DNA of 64,000 nt, taken from Geosiphon pyriformis uo1 (lineage: Eukaryota; Fungi; Glomeromycota). This document shows, piece after piece, positions 40,908 to 56,466 of the stretch. Every line of letters starts with the position of its first letter. Positions within the stretch are counted from its first letter, which is position 1. The DNA is taken from the NCBI GenBank assembly GCA_016748015.1, contig JAAOMT010000695.1, positions 1,085 through 65,084 of the forward strand, given 5' to 3'. Below the pieces are notes generated by a model that saw nothing but the letters and a program-made list of their open reading frames with translations, did not search any database and was not told where the DNA came from. The translations under genes were made by a program, and so were the position numbers.

Positions 40908-42491
40908 AAACCAGATGATCAAATTCCATTTACGTAAAGTTAATATGAGTATTTGGTAAAAAAATCTTTTGAGTAACTTCCAAAGAATTCATGGTCAGGT
41001 CAAAAATGATTCAAATTTCTCGAGAAAATTTAAGTATATACTTGAGATAGCAAAAAAAATTCAGAAATATTTCAATTATAAAAAAATTATATCATATTTT
41101 GATCTAACGAAAATCTTATCAAGGGAAAAATATTTTTATGCTCTAATTTTGTCAAATTCCTACATTCTTCTTTTTAATATTAAATTTTTAGCGTGTACCC
41201 TTATTAACATATTTATTAGCTGTTAAAATCCGGAATATTAGTTAAATTCAATGTTTTTTAAAAAATTTATCTGTTTTAAATAATAGGAATAATGGTAATA
41301 TATAAATTTCGCTAAAAAGTATTATCGAAATATTTTATATTATCAAGTTTAATTTTATAAATTCGCATGCTAAATTGAAATTATTACTATTTTTAATTTT
41401 CGAAATAATTTGAAAAGTCTCAATCTTATATATTATTAAAATAATAAAATGTGAAATGTGTAAAACTTAAGATATAAACCTGAAAAGTTTTATCTACATT
41501 GATAAGTTTGATAATAAATAATAACCACAATTGTGTTAGTTTACTCTAAAATTTTGTATTCTATACTTGTTTTTATATTGCAATTACACAGAATTTTTTA
41601 TTAAAACAAGTTGGTAAAAAAATTCAAAAAAGGAGGCAGTTAACATGATGGTGCGGATAATTCAATTTTTATGTTGTTTGCACATCCAATGAATGGTATT
41701 TATTTTATTTATCAATATTTAGGCATTTTAATTTATTTGGCGTAATATTTGTAGATACAAAAATATAGTACCAGTAGTTAAATCCAATAAATATGGCTAA
41801 TTTTTAATTTTTATTAATAAGATCGCTTAAAATTTTGGCCAAAATTAAGAATTTATAACTAATGTCGGCCAAATTTATAATTAATGTTTAGCCAAGCTAT
41901 TCAAAATTATTAATACAATAATTTTCAATATATTTGAAATTTGAAGTAATGATCGTTGGTTTGCAAAATCACTTTCTGATGATATAATGCGAATTGTACA
42001 ACAATTATCACTATTATGTTACTTATATATAATAGTAAACACACCCCACCCCCAAATTTATTATGTAATACTTGCAACCCAAATTTCGCAGCAAAATATA
42101 AACAATTAATAGTATCATTGTTTGCAAAAGTGGTATAATTTAGTAAGATCCAATGTTTGTAGTGATTTTCTTTGAAATTAACTATTCATTAACCAAAATA
42201 TTGAATATTAGATAAATAAATTGGAATATAGACCTCCAACTTTTAACATGTACAATTCGATAACCCCATCTAGGTCTCTCCTAATCAAGTCTACTATGCA
42301 AATAGATCGTATACTCAAAAAATTTTATTGAATAAATGTATTTTGAAGTTGAATTTGAAAATAGACTGCTTTGAAAATGGTCTTCACCTAAAGGAATTAT
42401 TAAAATTTTACCCATTACCCCAAGCTTTGGCTTATAAATAATAAATAAAATATAGGTTATCTTTAACAATTTCCTAAGCTACTTCGACCTT

Positions 42492-43190
42492 TCATCCACT
42501 GCTGATACGTGAATCAGTTACGACTTCACCCTCTGTAAGGTTAAAAAATCATGACGATTATTATGTTTAAACGCACCAAATAAAGTAATAAATGACAAAC
42601 CTTCATTAATTTCTAAAGGTTGACCAGTAATCTCCTCATGCAATGCTGATGCTTTCTCTGCACTAGCACGTTTGGCATCTGGACTTCGACCAACTCGATG
42701 AGAAGCAGCAACCAGGGATGATCTATTCGGTTAAGATAAAAATAAAAGAATGGAGCTATAAAACGAGAGCTTCGCAATGATGAAAAACAAGGCTCTATTT
42801 TATATGAGGAATTATGTACAATTGCCGGGAAGAATCTGGATTTTTCTCAGAATCTTTAGCGGTCAATGATGGACCTTCCTCGAATTCATCTTCGCCTTCG
42901 GCAAAGATACCAGGGTTTTCACGAGTTGCAACAGTTGACTCACGAAGAATAGGGGGTGTCTTACGGGTGGGGGTTAAATCGATAGGCTCTTTTCAAAAGA
43001 TTAAATTTTTAGTTAATTTTCCTGCTGTAAACTTTTCCAAAAGACTATTTTACATGGTGGAATTTCGAAGTTTACCTTCACTTTGTTGATTAGGATCATA
43101 TTCTTCGTGCCCATGTTCTTCGTTCAAAATGTAAAGGTCATCCTTTACAACACCTTCCTCAGTAGAATAGTCTTGGTCAGGAGCTGGCAT
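42492..43190 (-). CDS. Small acidic/hydrophilic hypothetical protein (148 aa, 4 exons)
   Basis: Exons 43190-43076, 42988-42820, 42722-42601, 42532-42492 splice in frame (MPAPDQDYSTEEG...HEEITGQPLEINEEGEVVTDSRISSG). Exons are GC-richer than the flanks. Confidence 0.75.
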
Positions 43191-43990
43191 TTTTTATTTT
43201 GAAACGTTGGGCAATTTTAAGTGAGAGAATTCAAATTCTTTTTGAAAATAAATTGCTTTTTAAATAAATTATCGGGGATAAATCAACCAAATAGGTAGCG
43301 ATTTAATAAAAATATGATGTATTTTTTACGATAATTTGACGAAAGCATGATCGATTGTGTTGATAGATCGAGATGACTCAGTTTTACCGAATGTTGTGAA
43401 AAATATCTCATCAAAAAATATTTTTCACATGGGGATTGTCAATTTAAATTTTTTTTTGATATAATAATTTATAAAATCGAAAATATAGGTTATTTAACGA
43501 TATTAATTGCTTTAAAAAAAGAATTTCACCCTTTTATTCAAAGGATTAATAACAAATCTCAGTTGTATTCTTTTATTACTTAATCTGTTAATAGGAATAA
43601 AAAATAGGTATTATTGAAATCTTTTAATTTTTTAAAAAAAACTAATCCATATTATTTTAATGTACTTGGTATAATCAAATAATATACATATATAAATATC
43701 AAAATTAATTATACACGGAGTTATAAATCATGATTTTATTTATTTATTTTTCTACCTAATATAAAAACTTGGTTTTTGAAAAATAATTGTATTAATAAAT
43801 TAAATTATATGATAATATTATGTTAGATTTTGTGCTCAGATAGTAAAATATTTTCAAAAAACTAATTCAATAAAAACTTAAATGATGACGCTATTTTTAT
43901 TGGTTGGTTGCCAGGAAATGTGAGTGGTCTCTGAGAGAACAAGTCTGCAACACAAATAAAATAATTGAACTTTTAAATATATCTCTATTC

Positions 43991-45068
43991 TCATTGTCGT
44001 CTAGGAGTCTTTTTCTTTGATGACGTGTTTTCGACGCAAATTTTTACTCTTTGTATCATGCGCTTTCTTGATCCGCTATCTTTGTAAAGAAAATCAACTT
44101 CTGAATAAATTGAGCCGGATACCTTCTCTGCATGTCTGAAACTCATCCACGAATCAATATCCAAGTTCTGTGATTGCTGATTGATCGATTTTGTCGAGAA
44201 TTCACTTCTAATTGAGTATTTCTGTTTGGAAATCATGGAATACTATAAATATACAATTCATTTTATATTTGAGAAATCGCAATAATTCCTTCGAAATTTT
44301 CTAAACGAACCTCCAACTCGATGCTCAAGTTGTTTAAAGTGTCCATTCCTTCCGATATCACTTCTAGAAATGATCAGCTCAATGTTCTATGGTTGCTAAA
44401 TATATTCCAAAAAGGATAATAATACCTGAAATGTTATACCTGGTAAGCATACATCTGCAACATTGTTAGGAAAATCATGTTTTGTATTGGTTCCACTGGG
44501 GATAACCTTCAGATTTTGCCGAGTGGTATTGATAATGCCAAGCTACATGTTACGGATTTGCCAATTAACTTTATACAAGATAAAATGACCGAAAGGATGC
44601 GAATATATTATAAAGCGTTAAAACTCAACATTTGCTTTGTACCAAAGTTTTTATCATGTCTGCTTTTTCCTCAATATTGTCTTTTGATGGTCCATCTTTT
44701 TTTTTTTGCATAAAATTCACCAGCTTTTTTGGCGAACAAGCCAAGACCGGCTGAGGAATGCGACTAAGATCAAATGATTTCGACCCACGCGTTTTCTGTA
44801 TATTACTTTCGTTCAATTCTAATGGAGAAAAGGCTCTAGAAGATCTTGGTGGTGTTGGCTGAAAAATTTTTGCCGTTGTCCAAGGATTACGATCACCCTC
44901 GATAATAGCTCTCTTCTTTATTAATTCTTTGTCCATCAATTTTCTTTGATCATAGATAAATTCTAAAATCAAAGCCTCGCGTACGGCTTCTTGTTCTCCA
45001 AAGCTCGAAGAGTATTTTTGAAGATTTTTCTTTGTAAGAGGGGCTGATTTTGGTATTTCTAATGTCAT
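43991..45068 (-). CDS. Hypothetical basic, partly disordered protein (probably 4 exons)
   Basis: ORF 45068-~44645 can be spliced through two short GT-AG-bounded exons (LGIINTTRQN..., VISEGMDTL...) to ORF 44236-43991. No domain recognised. Confidence 0.55.
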
Positions 45069-46382
45069 GAGTTTTGGAAGTTGTGAGAATAGAACAATAT
45101 TTGATTAGATTCTAAATATAGATAACAATATTAACCTTTGTCGTAATTGATATCATTTTTGATGACAATTGAGCATATACTATCAAAAAATTGTGAAGCA
45201 CATGATTTCTTAGCAAAGGATTTATAATATGATATCATTTTGTGAATCTGAGATAATGGGTACCATAAATTATATGTTAAAAATTTTAAAGTAAAAAATT
45301 TCAAACTACAGTTACTTGTAATTTTTATATTTTGAAGCACGTATAAATCTAATAGAGTTACTATTTCAACAAAAATTAAATTAGTAAAAACTTTAGGTAG
45401 TCAGAGGTTATTATTAATAGAAATTGAGGTAAAAAAACCTTTGTTTTAAAAATTGAAGTAACTCTGTTTTTGGGATTAGATGTTGTTGAGGTGATTGTAC
45501 CAGTTAAAATATTATCTGGAATCCAAATAATACGAGTGAAAAATTCACAATCTAGAGGTAAACAGTCAAGGTAAAAAAATGTGGTATAAATTATATTGAA
45601 TCCCAATTACCAAGTTAACAAGCAATGGTTTTGCGCAAAGATACAAAGCAGTAAAAGGCTATTAAAAATTTTTCCAACATTTAGAATAATGTTAAAAAAA
45701 AAACGAAAAGAAGAATTGAATTTTTAAGAATCCCACACCTAAATTTGATAAAGTTGAATATTCAAAGATTGATTTTTGGTAAACCTCACCCAGGTTGCAT
45801 TAGAGATATAAATTATCCAAGTTTCTTTAATAATAAAAGTGAAACCTAAATATTTGTTGTTGCTAACCCCTTAACCTTTTTAGGCTGTTTGAAAAGAGAA
45901 ATAATAATATATAGAGCTTTTTTGCAATAGCTTGTACAAATTTTCCAAGCAGCAGACTACTCATCGTGGATAAAAGTTTTACAAAGAATGATCTACATTT
46001 TTTCTGCAAAATATTTTTCTTTATAACTTTAAAAAATAATTTAATTGCTCAACCCCTTTCTGTGAAACTCGTTAGTTCAGATAAGAAGCTTCTGAAATTT
46101 GAGCATTATCAAGTAAATCAATTTAAAAATCTAGCTATAGCTTCTTTTGGGTGACAAGGTTTTTCTCAAGGAAATACCTTCTATTGAACGTTTTCATGGT
46201 AAACTTTTAGCTAACTGATCATATAGGAGCAAAAGTAACAAAAAGGGTGGATATCATTTAATTTATATAAAGAGAGATACATAATTTTAAAATGATAAAG
46301 AAGATTACGATGGAAGTGATGACAATATAGCCAAAGATAAAAAATTAGCCATTAAAAACTTCCAGCAATATAATCGTTTTTC

Positions 46383-46383
<1 letters not shown>

Positions 46384-46430
<47 letters not shown>
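46384..46430. repeat. (AAT)n microsatellite
   Basis: About 15 perfect units. Confidence 0.95.
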
Positions 46431-47231
46431 GCTACTCTCGTACCACTTTTCTCAATCTATTTTCTATTATGATTTTCAAATAAATCATTAAAACAGCCAC
46501 ACACTTGGTTCAAATTGGTATAGAAACACTCAATATCAAAGAATAATATCATTATGCGTATCATTGAAAATCTCCCATTATATTATACTGATTTTTTATC
46601 ACCACGCTCAGCTGTCTGGCACGAGATCACAATTAAAGTAGGTTTAATTTGAGTGCCGTGGGAAATATGTAATGTAAAACTTGGATGACCACCGAAAATC
46701 GCTCCTTAACAGGGTTGAATGAATGTGGATTTCGGCTAGCGACGACGGTTCAATTGTTAAATTTGGTGTGCTGGTAAATTACGTGTATGACGGAATAATA
46801 AATGTACGACATCATTCTCAAGGGGTTTGCTGTTATTAATGCTACTTATCAGATTTTTATAAATCCAATGTATAGAGTGATGTCATTAGTATTCTATCAC
46901 GTTTAACGGTGGGAAATAAGATTATGCGCATGATCAATTGGATGGTAAAAGGGAGGCAAAATGCGAAATGTAAATATACATAAAGAGAGGCTGTCTGAAA
47001 GTTGGATATAGAAGTCTCAAAATCTGATGCTTTTAGGAATTTAAAATTAAGAAACCCTTAGACAAATCCCATTTTTTATCATTTTATTCAAATTACAAAA
47101 AGTCTTCTCCCTCTTGATTTAATTCGGATCGAGATTCCACTTTTGAGATCTTTGTAATAGTTTTCAGGCGTGTAGACTCGTCAATAAACGATATTCACAC
47201 ATATTGAGAAATTTGATCCCGACCAAAAAAA

Positions 47232-48925
<1,694 letters not shown>

Positions 48926-50191
48926 TTTTTTATGCCACAATGATCGATTTTTTATCATTCTTTAATACCTCTAAATTAATCCATTTAATTTTAAGCTAAT
49001 AAGATATCCAGTGTTTGTCATTTGTCTATATATCAAACTAGATATTCTCAGATTCTTGGGAAATTCGTTAAAAAAAATTGTTTTTAATTTTTAATCAACT
49101 GTTATTTTCAGGATCAATCTAATTTTAGATTATAATCTTTAAGATTTTCAAAGAAAACAACAAACAATTTATCATTATACGAATTTTGAAATTTCTCATC
49201 TATAAGCAAAATAGTCTCCAAGTTTGAAATTAGTTTCGGAAGAAACTAGATAATCCTGCTTCTTCTTTAGCTTCAAATCACAAAATCTTTCAAAAGTTAC
49301 TTTATAATATAACTAGGTTATTAATTCGTAAAAATATTTAAAATATTATTTTTGTTTAATATAGAATCAATTAAAATTTTTTTTTCACATTAATTATACA
49401 AAATTCTTGTGCCAATAAATCTTTCCAATGTTAAATGTTGCCCTTTCCTAATGAATTCACGTTTTAGGAAACGTGAATATTTAATAGTAAATATCCATAA
49501 TTCCTAAAATATTTTTTTCGAACATTCTAAAGATAAAATTATTTCAAGATTGTCAATTTCACCTGGTTTTCTAGAGAATATTATTAGTTGGATTTGGAAA
49601 CAATGATTCAAATTAACAAATACTAATAATTAGGAAGATAAATTAACTTTTTGCTCTAATTCAGATTTCATTGATCCATGGAATCGGAAACAAAATGTTA
49701 TTTCTTTGGGAAACTCAAAAAAATTATATAGTTTAAGTTTATAATTTAGATAATTTTCCTTCATTCGGTTGTAAAACTATCAGTTATTATTATTCTTTTA
49801 TTTGTAGACTCAATAAGAAGTGGAGGGGAGGTCTACTCTTTTTTTAATAAGTTTAGGAATTTTTAAACTATTTATTATGTTTTTTGAAAGAATTTCAGTA
49901 AAAAAAAAAAAATGGTTACACTCAGAATACAATAATGAAATAATAATGCAAATTTGATCAGATAATTAAGACTCTTGACAATATATTTATGACTTTACTC
50001 ACCCTTTTTAGAAAGAAATTGAAGAAAGTTTTAGGCGTAATTATCAGTTAACATTTTAATAATAATGATTATAAATATTTTTTTATAATTGAAATTTTGA
50101 GTTTATACATGTGAACCGCCATACATTATGATCAAAAAATACCAAACAATAATAATAATAATAATAAAAATTTGAATACCCTCCCACCCCC

Positions 50192-50192
50192 C

Positions 50193-50224
<32 letters not shown>
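50192..50224. repeat. (CAA)n microsatellite next to a short (AAT)n run
   Basis: Directly visible. Confidence 0.9.
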
Positions 50225-50226
<2 letters not shown>

Positions 50227-50719
50227 ATAAAATATGACCCTATCGATAATTCATAAGCGAAAGGGTTCCCCGTGTGACCAACTTTCAAAATCATTAAAAA
50301 GGACGAGTTATTATTACCATTATTATTATAATTTGACATGTGATCTTGATAATTGAACCAGGGGAAAGTATTGATAATTTATGACTGACCAACAATATGA
50401 TAGGGTAAACAATTTATTTCGTAAATCCTCTTGATTTATTTGATCAATCATGAGGTGTTTTAAAGAAATTATTATCCAGACACGTAAGACAATGAGTGAT
50501 TTGAAAATTTTAAAAACGTCTACAAGATTGGCAACGCAATTTTTATCAATCCTTGGGATGCTTTAAACAGTTTTTCTTTGAAATAATTTTGGAGAGACGA
50601 TTGAACATTTTTTTTTTCAAAATTTCTCAATATCAACGCGTGTAATCAATCTTTTCAAGAAAAACAGCAACAGTAATCCCTCCTAATTTAATTTCAGCTA
50701 AAGAATTTTATCAAAAGTA

Positions 50720-51560
50720 ATGCGAGAAATTACAAAGGTATTTTAATATTAATTTCAGTAATAAAATGTAGAAATTTTTACGAAACAAATTCAATGAAAA
50801 TTTTTGTGAATTTTACCGCGTAAACGTGGTTATCATAAATAAATTACTCAAGTTTGAAACGATCGTTTCTGTAATACTTTAGAACGTTATTAGAGTTGCT
50901 GCTGCCAAGGAAACGGATGGAATTCAAACTGATTATGGATCATTTTTGCCAATTCTAGCCGCTTCTTCTTTCTCTTCATCTGGTATAGGTAGTCAGGGCC
51001 TAATAAAATCAACCTTATATGGTGGTAATAGTGGTGGCCATAAGTTTCAAACTTTATTTTCCTCATATCTCGGTATTCAAAATGTCATTTCACCAAACGG
51101 TACCACCCCTGCACGTCTTGCAAAAATTGAAACACGATTTTGCAACACAATCCATTCCATAAAGATGTATTGGTCAGATAATTCTTCAGTTAGTTATGGT
51201 GGGGAAGGAGGTTGGTTAAAAGGTTCTTTCGAATTTCGCGAAGGTGAACAAATAAGCGCGATCGTGATCCGGACGAATGGTATGCACTTGAAAGGGTTAC
51301 AAATAACAACAACTGAATGTCGACTCAGTCAACGATGGGGTTCCGTTGATTTTTCTGGCGATGAACAAGTGTTGAAGGCTCCAAGAGGATATGAGATTAT
51401 TGGGTTACATGGAACTATATATCAAGAACGGATCCAGAGCTTGGGAATCATTGGTAGTTGGGTTGATGCTATACCATTATTTCCGAGTGTTTGTACTGAT
51501 GAAAGCGCTAATTCAGTTACCGAACGAGATGATGAATCAGAGGGCTCACATCAAATTTGA
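50720..51560 (+). CDS. Jacalin-like (beta-prism I) lectin domain protein
   Basis: Micro-exon 50720-50737 spliced to 50883-51560. Motifs YGGNSGGHKF, SYGGEGG, FEFREGEQISAIVIR, LQITT..WG, APRGYEIIGLHG..IQSLGII. Confidence 0.8.
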
Positions 51561-52844
51561 TTCAAGTGTTTTATAAAATACTTGTTATATAAGCTAAACT
51601 AACAAAGAAAAATGTATTTTTGATAATTATAATTTGGGTTTCTATGTAAATTGTGATAAATATTTGCTATGTAAAAATGGAATTCAAGTTTTTCTAGGCC
51701 TTAAATAAACGCGATATTATATATTAACCAATCGAAGTCTAAGTATATTCCGGGATATAGTTTTTTTCACATAAAAAAAGATTATCAAAAATTGATTTGA
51801 ACTTGGTTTTTTAAAAAATTCAAATATATCCATTTATTTAGGTCCAATTAATTTTATATTTATTTTGATGAAAAAAGTTCAGTAATAAATACCGCCAAGT
51901 AGATCAACTCATTTCATAGGATAATTTTCAATTGTATGAAAGCTAACATTTTAAAATTCATGTTGAATCTCGGATTTTCGCCACAATTGGGAGTTTTTTT
52001 TTAGTAAAAAATTCGGAATAACAATCATTTCGATCGAACAACGCAACACATACTCCTAGGGACATCGTTTTGTGTTGCGAACGTGAGAAAATCTTTGTAT
52101 ATATGTGGGAACGGGCACATATTTAGACATTATTAAACTGAATGAATTTTTATTTGTAAATAGAAAAAATGTAAAATCCAGTCACACAAAATACAGATTA
52201 ATAATTTATTTAAACAAATCTATAGTTTTTCAAAAACTCTTATTAAAATCTAAAATCTAAAGAGAAATTTAAAGATAACGCTCGAATTATCATTTTTTGC
52301 TTTGGATTTTTCAAATTTTTAGTTAAATTCTGCAAGTCTTACAATCAATAATTGAAGAAACATTATGTAATCTAATTGTATTTACATATTTAATAAATCA
52401 CAATTTCGTCTACTTAAATTTAAAAGGGATGAGATAAGGATATTCAAAAAAAAAATGGGTGTTTTACTTAACAGATATGCGGAAATGAGAAGAATTTTTT
52501 TTATTGATCTCGAAATTGTTTCAATATTACCCCCCTGATACTAAGGGAGGTTCCTGTGTCATACATTTATTTAAGAGGATAAAATTTGAATATCATTGAC
52601 TTGGTCTGACGGGAATAAAGCATTATCAAGAGCTTTAGATCTGCTAACTATAGAATAGTCTAAATTATTATTAAGAAACAATAGTTTCGATGCTATATAT
52701 GAGTTTTAAAGTATTAAATTTTCAAAGATGAAAATTTGCTTCTCTAGAACTTTTTCATTAGGCTCTAGAAATTTCATTATCGCAAGTTATACCAGATAAC
52801 CATTTTCCTTCAAACCTTATTCTCCTTAATTTTTTTAAAAAAAA

Positions 52845-54363
52845 TTAATGGCCATTACCACCCTTAACTTGATTTACAAACGGTGGAAAATCTTGAAGTT
52901 GTTCGCAGTTTTGTGGACTACCCATCGTCTCCCCAAGATAAGGACCCCGAAACGAAGCTATTCTTTCATCGATATCCGCTTGCATTGCCAAAAGACAATA
53001 CTTTGAATTAAGAATTTTTTCAAGGTTAGAATAAATTCTTGATCACAAAATACATTGCAAACCCCAAAAAAATTGCCCAAGAGCTATATACCTGGGATTC
53101 ATAATTGGGAACTTGATAGGGTTCCTTGTTGGGGAAACATTCATACACAATAGGAGGGTTTTGTGGATCGTCTAAGCAATCACATCCTTCGGCAAATGGA
53201 ATCCAAAATTCTTTATGATGGTGTACGTATCTAGATAAGATACCTGTTGCTGGGGATCTAGGATAGGTTGGTGCAATATCGGCTCCAAATGTAATTCGAT
53301 AAAGATTGGGAAGTTGTTTGCTTACATATTCACCAAAAAAGTCAATCCCAAGACGAAATTGGCCAAATGTGTAGACAGTAATTGGAAGTTCAGGAATTTT
53401 TCTACGGTAATGCAAGGCAAGGAATACTGCATGACCTGGAAATTATAATTTGAGATTCGTTTTGAATTTTTTATTGGTATTTTGTAAATTAGAATATCTA
53501 AAAGATAATTCGAAAACAAACCAGCCCCGAATCCATGTCCGACAAATGTGATACGCTTTCTTTTTTTAGGTTGAGCTAATTGATCGTCCACCATTTGAAT
53601 CAACCGGTTTTCAGCTTTTAGATATTCGTCATATAATTTTTGATGGACGTATAAACCTTTAACTATATACGGGCTGACTTCGGTATCAAAAACGGTCGAA
53701 TCATTTATATTAAAATCGGGGCCTTTAACTCGAATGAACACAATAATCTCATTATAGGGAGTCAAAATCGCCTTAGCTATATTTCAAGATTTTGTGGTAT
53801 ATTGAATTATTTGAAACGCAAAATTAGAAAAATTTTCAAAATTTTCAAAGAGGTTTACCATAGTCTCCTATCGAAATCTGATCTTGCGATGAGCTCAAAC
53901 AATAGGCTCGATTCGCAAAGTAGGCATATTTCTTGAAATCCCAGAGTACCCTTTGATTCTTGATCTGAATTCGATAGTCCTCTGGGTTCTCGCCTGCAGG
54001 TGTTTCAGGTAAAATATTACGTTTGAATATTTTAGTTGAACGAATTTCGCCAAGAACTTTTGATAATTTAAAGGCAAATTGAGGTATCACCAATGTTTTA
54101 TTAAAAATAGTGAAATTATGATTTATTTTAAAATTTTTTGATAGATTGAAGTTTCCAAAATCATGAAAACCTGACTCTAAGAAACGATCATGATCCTTAA
54201 TTTTCTTATGAGCAGCCCAAAGTTCATGGAAATTTGAAACGAACAAAGAAAAAAGAATTATAATAAAGAATAAAGGAATATAAATTTTTTGTATCAAATA
54301 ATTATCTTTGACCATTTTTTGATTAAATTTTTTAAATTCCAACGAGTACAATTTCCCATTCAT
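52845..54363 (-). CDS. Lipase class 3-like protein F, Ser>Gly and His>Phe (~419 aa, 4 exons)
   Basis: Exons 54363-53859, 53776-53522, 53435-53092, 53000-52845. Motifs FANRAYC, VKGP, FVGHGFGAGHA, TFGQFRLG, RITFGADIAP, HHHKEFW, SFRGPYLG. Contains FKR. Confidence 0.86.
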
Positions 54364-54535
54364 GTTTTAAACAAGAGTTTTTAGAAAATTAGCAAGCTTT
54401 TTTATTATTATTATTATTATTTTTATAATCACTTTTTTATTTCGTGGGAAATCGATAAATTAGATTATTAGTGATGGGGTAAACTTAATTAAACTCAAAT
54501 ATTTATCATTCCCTTTTAATATTTCAAACCCGAGA

Positions 54536-54612
54536 TATATTAGATATTAGATATTAGATATTAGATATTAGATATTAAATTTTAGATATTAGATTTTTAG
54601 ATATTAGATATA
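54536..54612. repeat. (ATATTAG)n heptamer minisatellite between lipase-like genes G and F
   Basis: About 10 units with a few variants. Confidence 0.9.
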
Positions 54613-54952
54613 CTTTGTTTCCATTAAAAGATGGTATCGCCATCTTTTAATCTTTATAAATATTTTAAATATGAAAAATAAATAGTTATGATGCTCCTTA
54701 TATTGAATTTTTTTTTAATTTACGATAAATCTTTAATAAAATTCATGAATACTTAACAACATTCCTATATTTTTCTTTTCATGGCCAAAATTTTGATTTT
54801 CAAAAATTAATGGTCATAAAAAAAATATCAGTATAATAAATTAAATACTACTACATTTAATTATAAGAGTTCATTCAAAAAAAAAAAAAAAAATTTTTGG
54901 AGTGATATGATCAAAAAATTCACCGTTGTGGATGCTCAAGCAAAAATAGCAT

Positions 54953-56466
54953 TCACAATGGTGGAAAATCTTGAAGTACTTCACAATTTTTCGGCATCCC
55001 CATCGTCTCCCCAAAATAAGGCCCCTGAAATGAATCCAATCGCTTTTTTAAATCTGCTTTCTTTCCATTAAGGCAATACTAAAATTTTTAAAAAAAATTT
55101 GAACAATTTGATCTCAAACATATCTTTCTTTCGGAAATAGAAAACACAAAATTGAAAATTATATCCCTACTTGTGATTCATAAGATTTATGCGCAAAAGG
55201 ATATTGCTCAGGCAAACATTCAAACACGGTAGGAACGTCTTGCTCATCGTTAAGACAATCACATCCTTCCGTAAATGGAATCCAAAATTCTCTATGATGT
55301 TGTACGTATTTAGGTGTAACAGTATTTTCATTGTTCAGGGGATAGGTCGGTGCGATATCGGATCCAAAAGTGATTCGATAAAGATTGGGAAGTTGTGTGC
55401 TTACGTATTCACCAAAAAAGTCAATTCCAAGACGAAGCTCACTGAATGTATAGACAGAAATTGGAAGTTCAGGAATTTTTCTACGGTAATACAAGGCAAG
55501 GAATACTGCGTGACCTTTTAAATCAATTTGTAAACTTTTATTTTATTTTATTTTATTTAAAAAATGTGGGATTCAAAAAATTTAGAAATAAATAATAAGT
55601 GATAATTCAATAACCCACCAGCTCCAAATCCGTGTCCAGTGAATGAAATTTTTGTTCTATTTTTGGCTTGATTCAATTGAGCGTCAACAAGCTCAATCAA
55701 TCGTTCTTCGGCATTGAAATATTTGTGATAAAATTTTCGATGTACATATAAACCTTTAACTGGATAAGCACTATAATCCGGGCCAAAACCAGTGCCAAAA
55801 ATATCCGGATCATATATATTAAAAGTTGGACCTTTGACTCGAATGAATACAATGACTTCATTATAGGGAGTCAAAATTGCTTGAGCTAAGTTTTAAATTT
55901 TTTGGAATGTATAAGCAATAAAATTTTATTGGAATTTTCTTAAACTGGCAGAATTTTGAATTTCTGAAATGGGAATTACCATAGGCCTCCTTTGAAAGTG
56001 CATTCTCGGGTGAATTTAAACAATAAGCTCGGTTCGCAAAGTAGGCATATTTCTTGAAATTATAAAGTACCCTCGGATTTTCAATTTTAATTCGAAAATT
56101 TTCAGGTTTTTCGCCTTGAGGTAGTTGAGGTAAAGATCCACGCTTAAAAATTGTAACTGGCAAAAATTTATTAATATTTTTGGAGGTCCTATATTCGTAA
56201 TAATTTTTTGTTAATGTATAATTAAGTTTGGCAAGATTGCTTGGTCGTTGTAGAAATATTGATCTATTTTGATTCCTAATATTATTATTAAAATCGGTCT
56301 CCTGGAATGTTTCATGATTTCCAAATTTTTTTTCGACCTTTAAAAATGCGTTAAAAGATGAAACTAAAAAAAAAATTAAAAGAGCGGTAAGAAAGAAGGA
56401 GAGAAAGTTTTTTCGAATCACCAAATTTGTTTCAAAAATTTTGTTATTAAATATTCGAAATGACAT
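54953..56466 (-). CDS. Lipase class 3-like protein G, Ser>Gly and His>Phe (~407 aa, 4 exons); tandem paralog of F
   Basis: Exons 56466-55980, 55885-55619, 55514-55171, 55078-54953. Motifs FANRAYC, VKGP, FTGHGFGAGHA, TFSELRLG, RITFGSDIAP, QHHREFW, SFQGPYFG. Contains FKR. Confidence 0.86.

Noticed and set aside
42814-43089. Plus-strand 91-aa ORF and similar shadow ORFs (21032-21415, 39920-40216, 55189-55521)
   Set aside because: Antisense to well-supported spliced genes.
50103-50339. ORF with poly-Val/poly-Ile, transmembrane-like
   Set aside because: Antisense reading of the (CAA)n and (AAT)n microsatellites.
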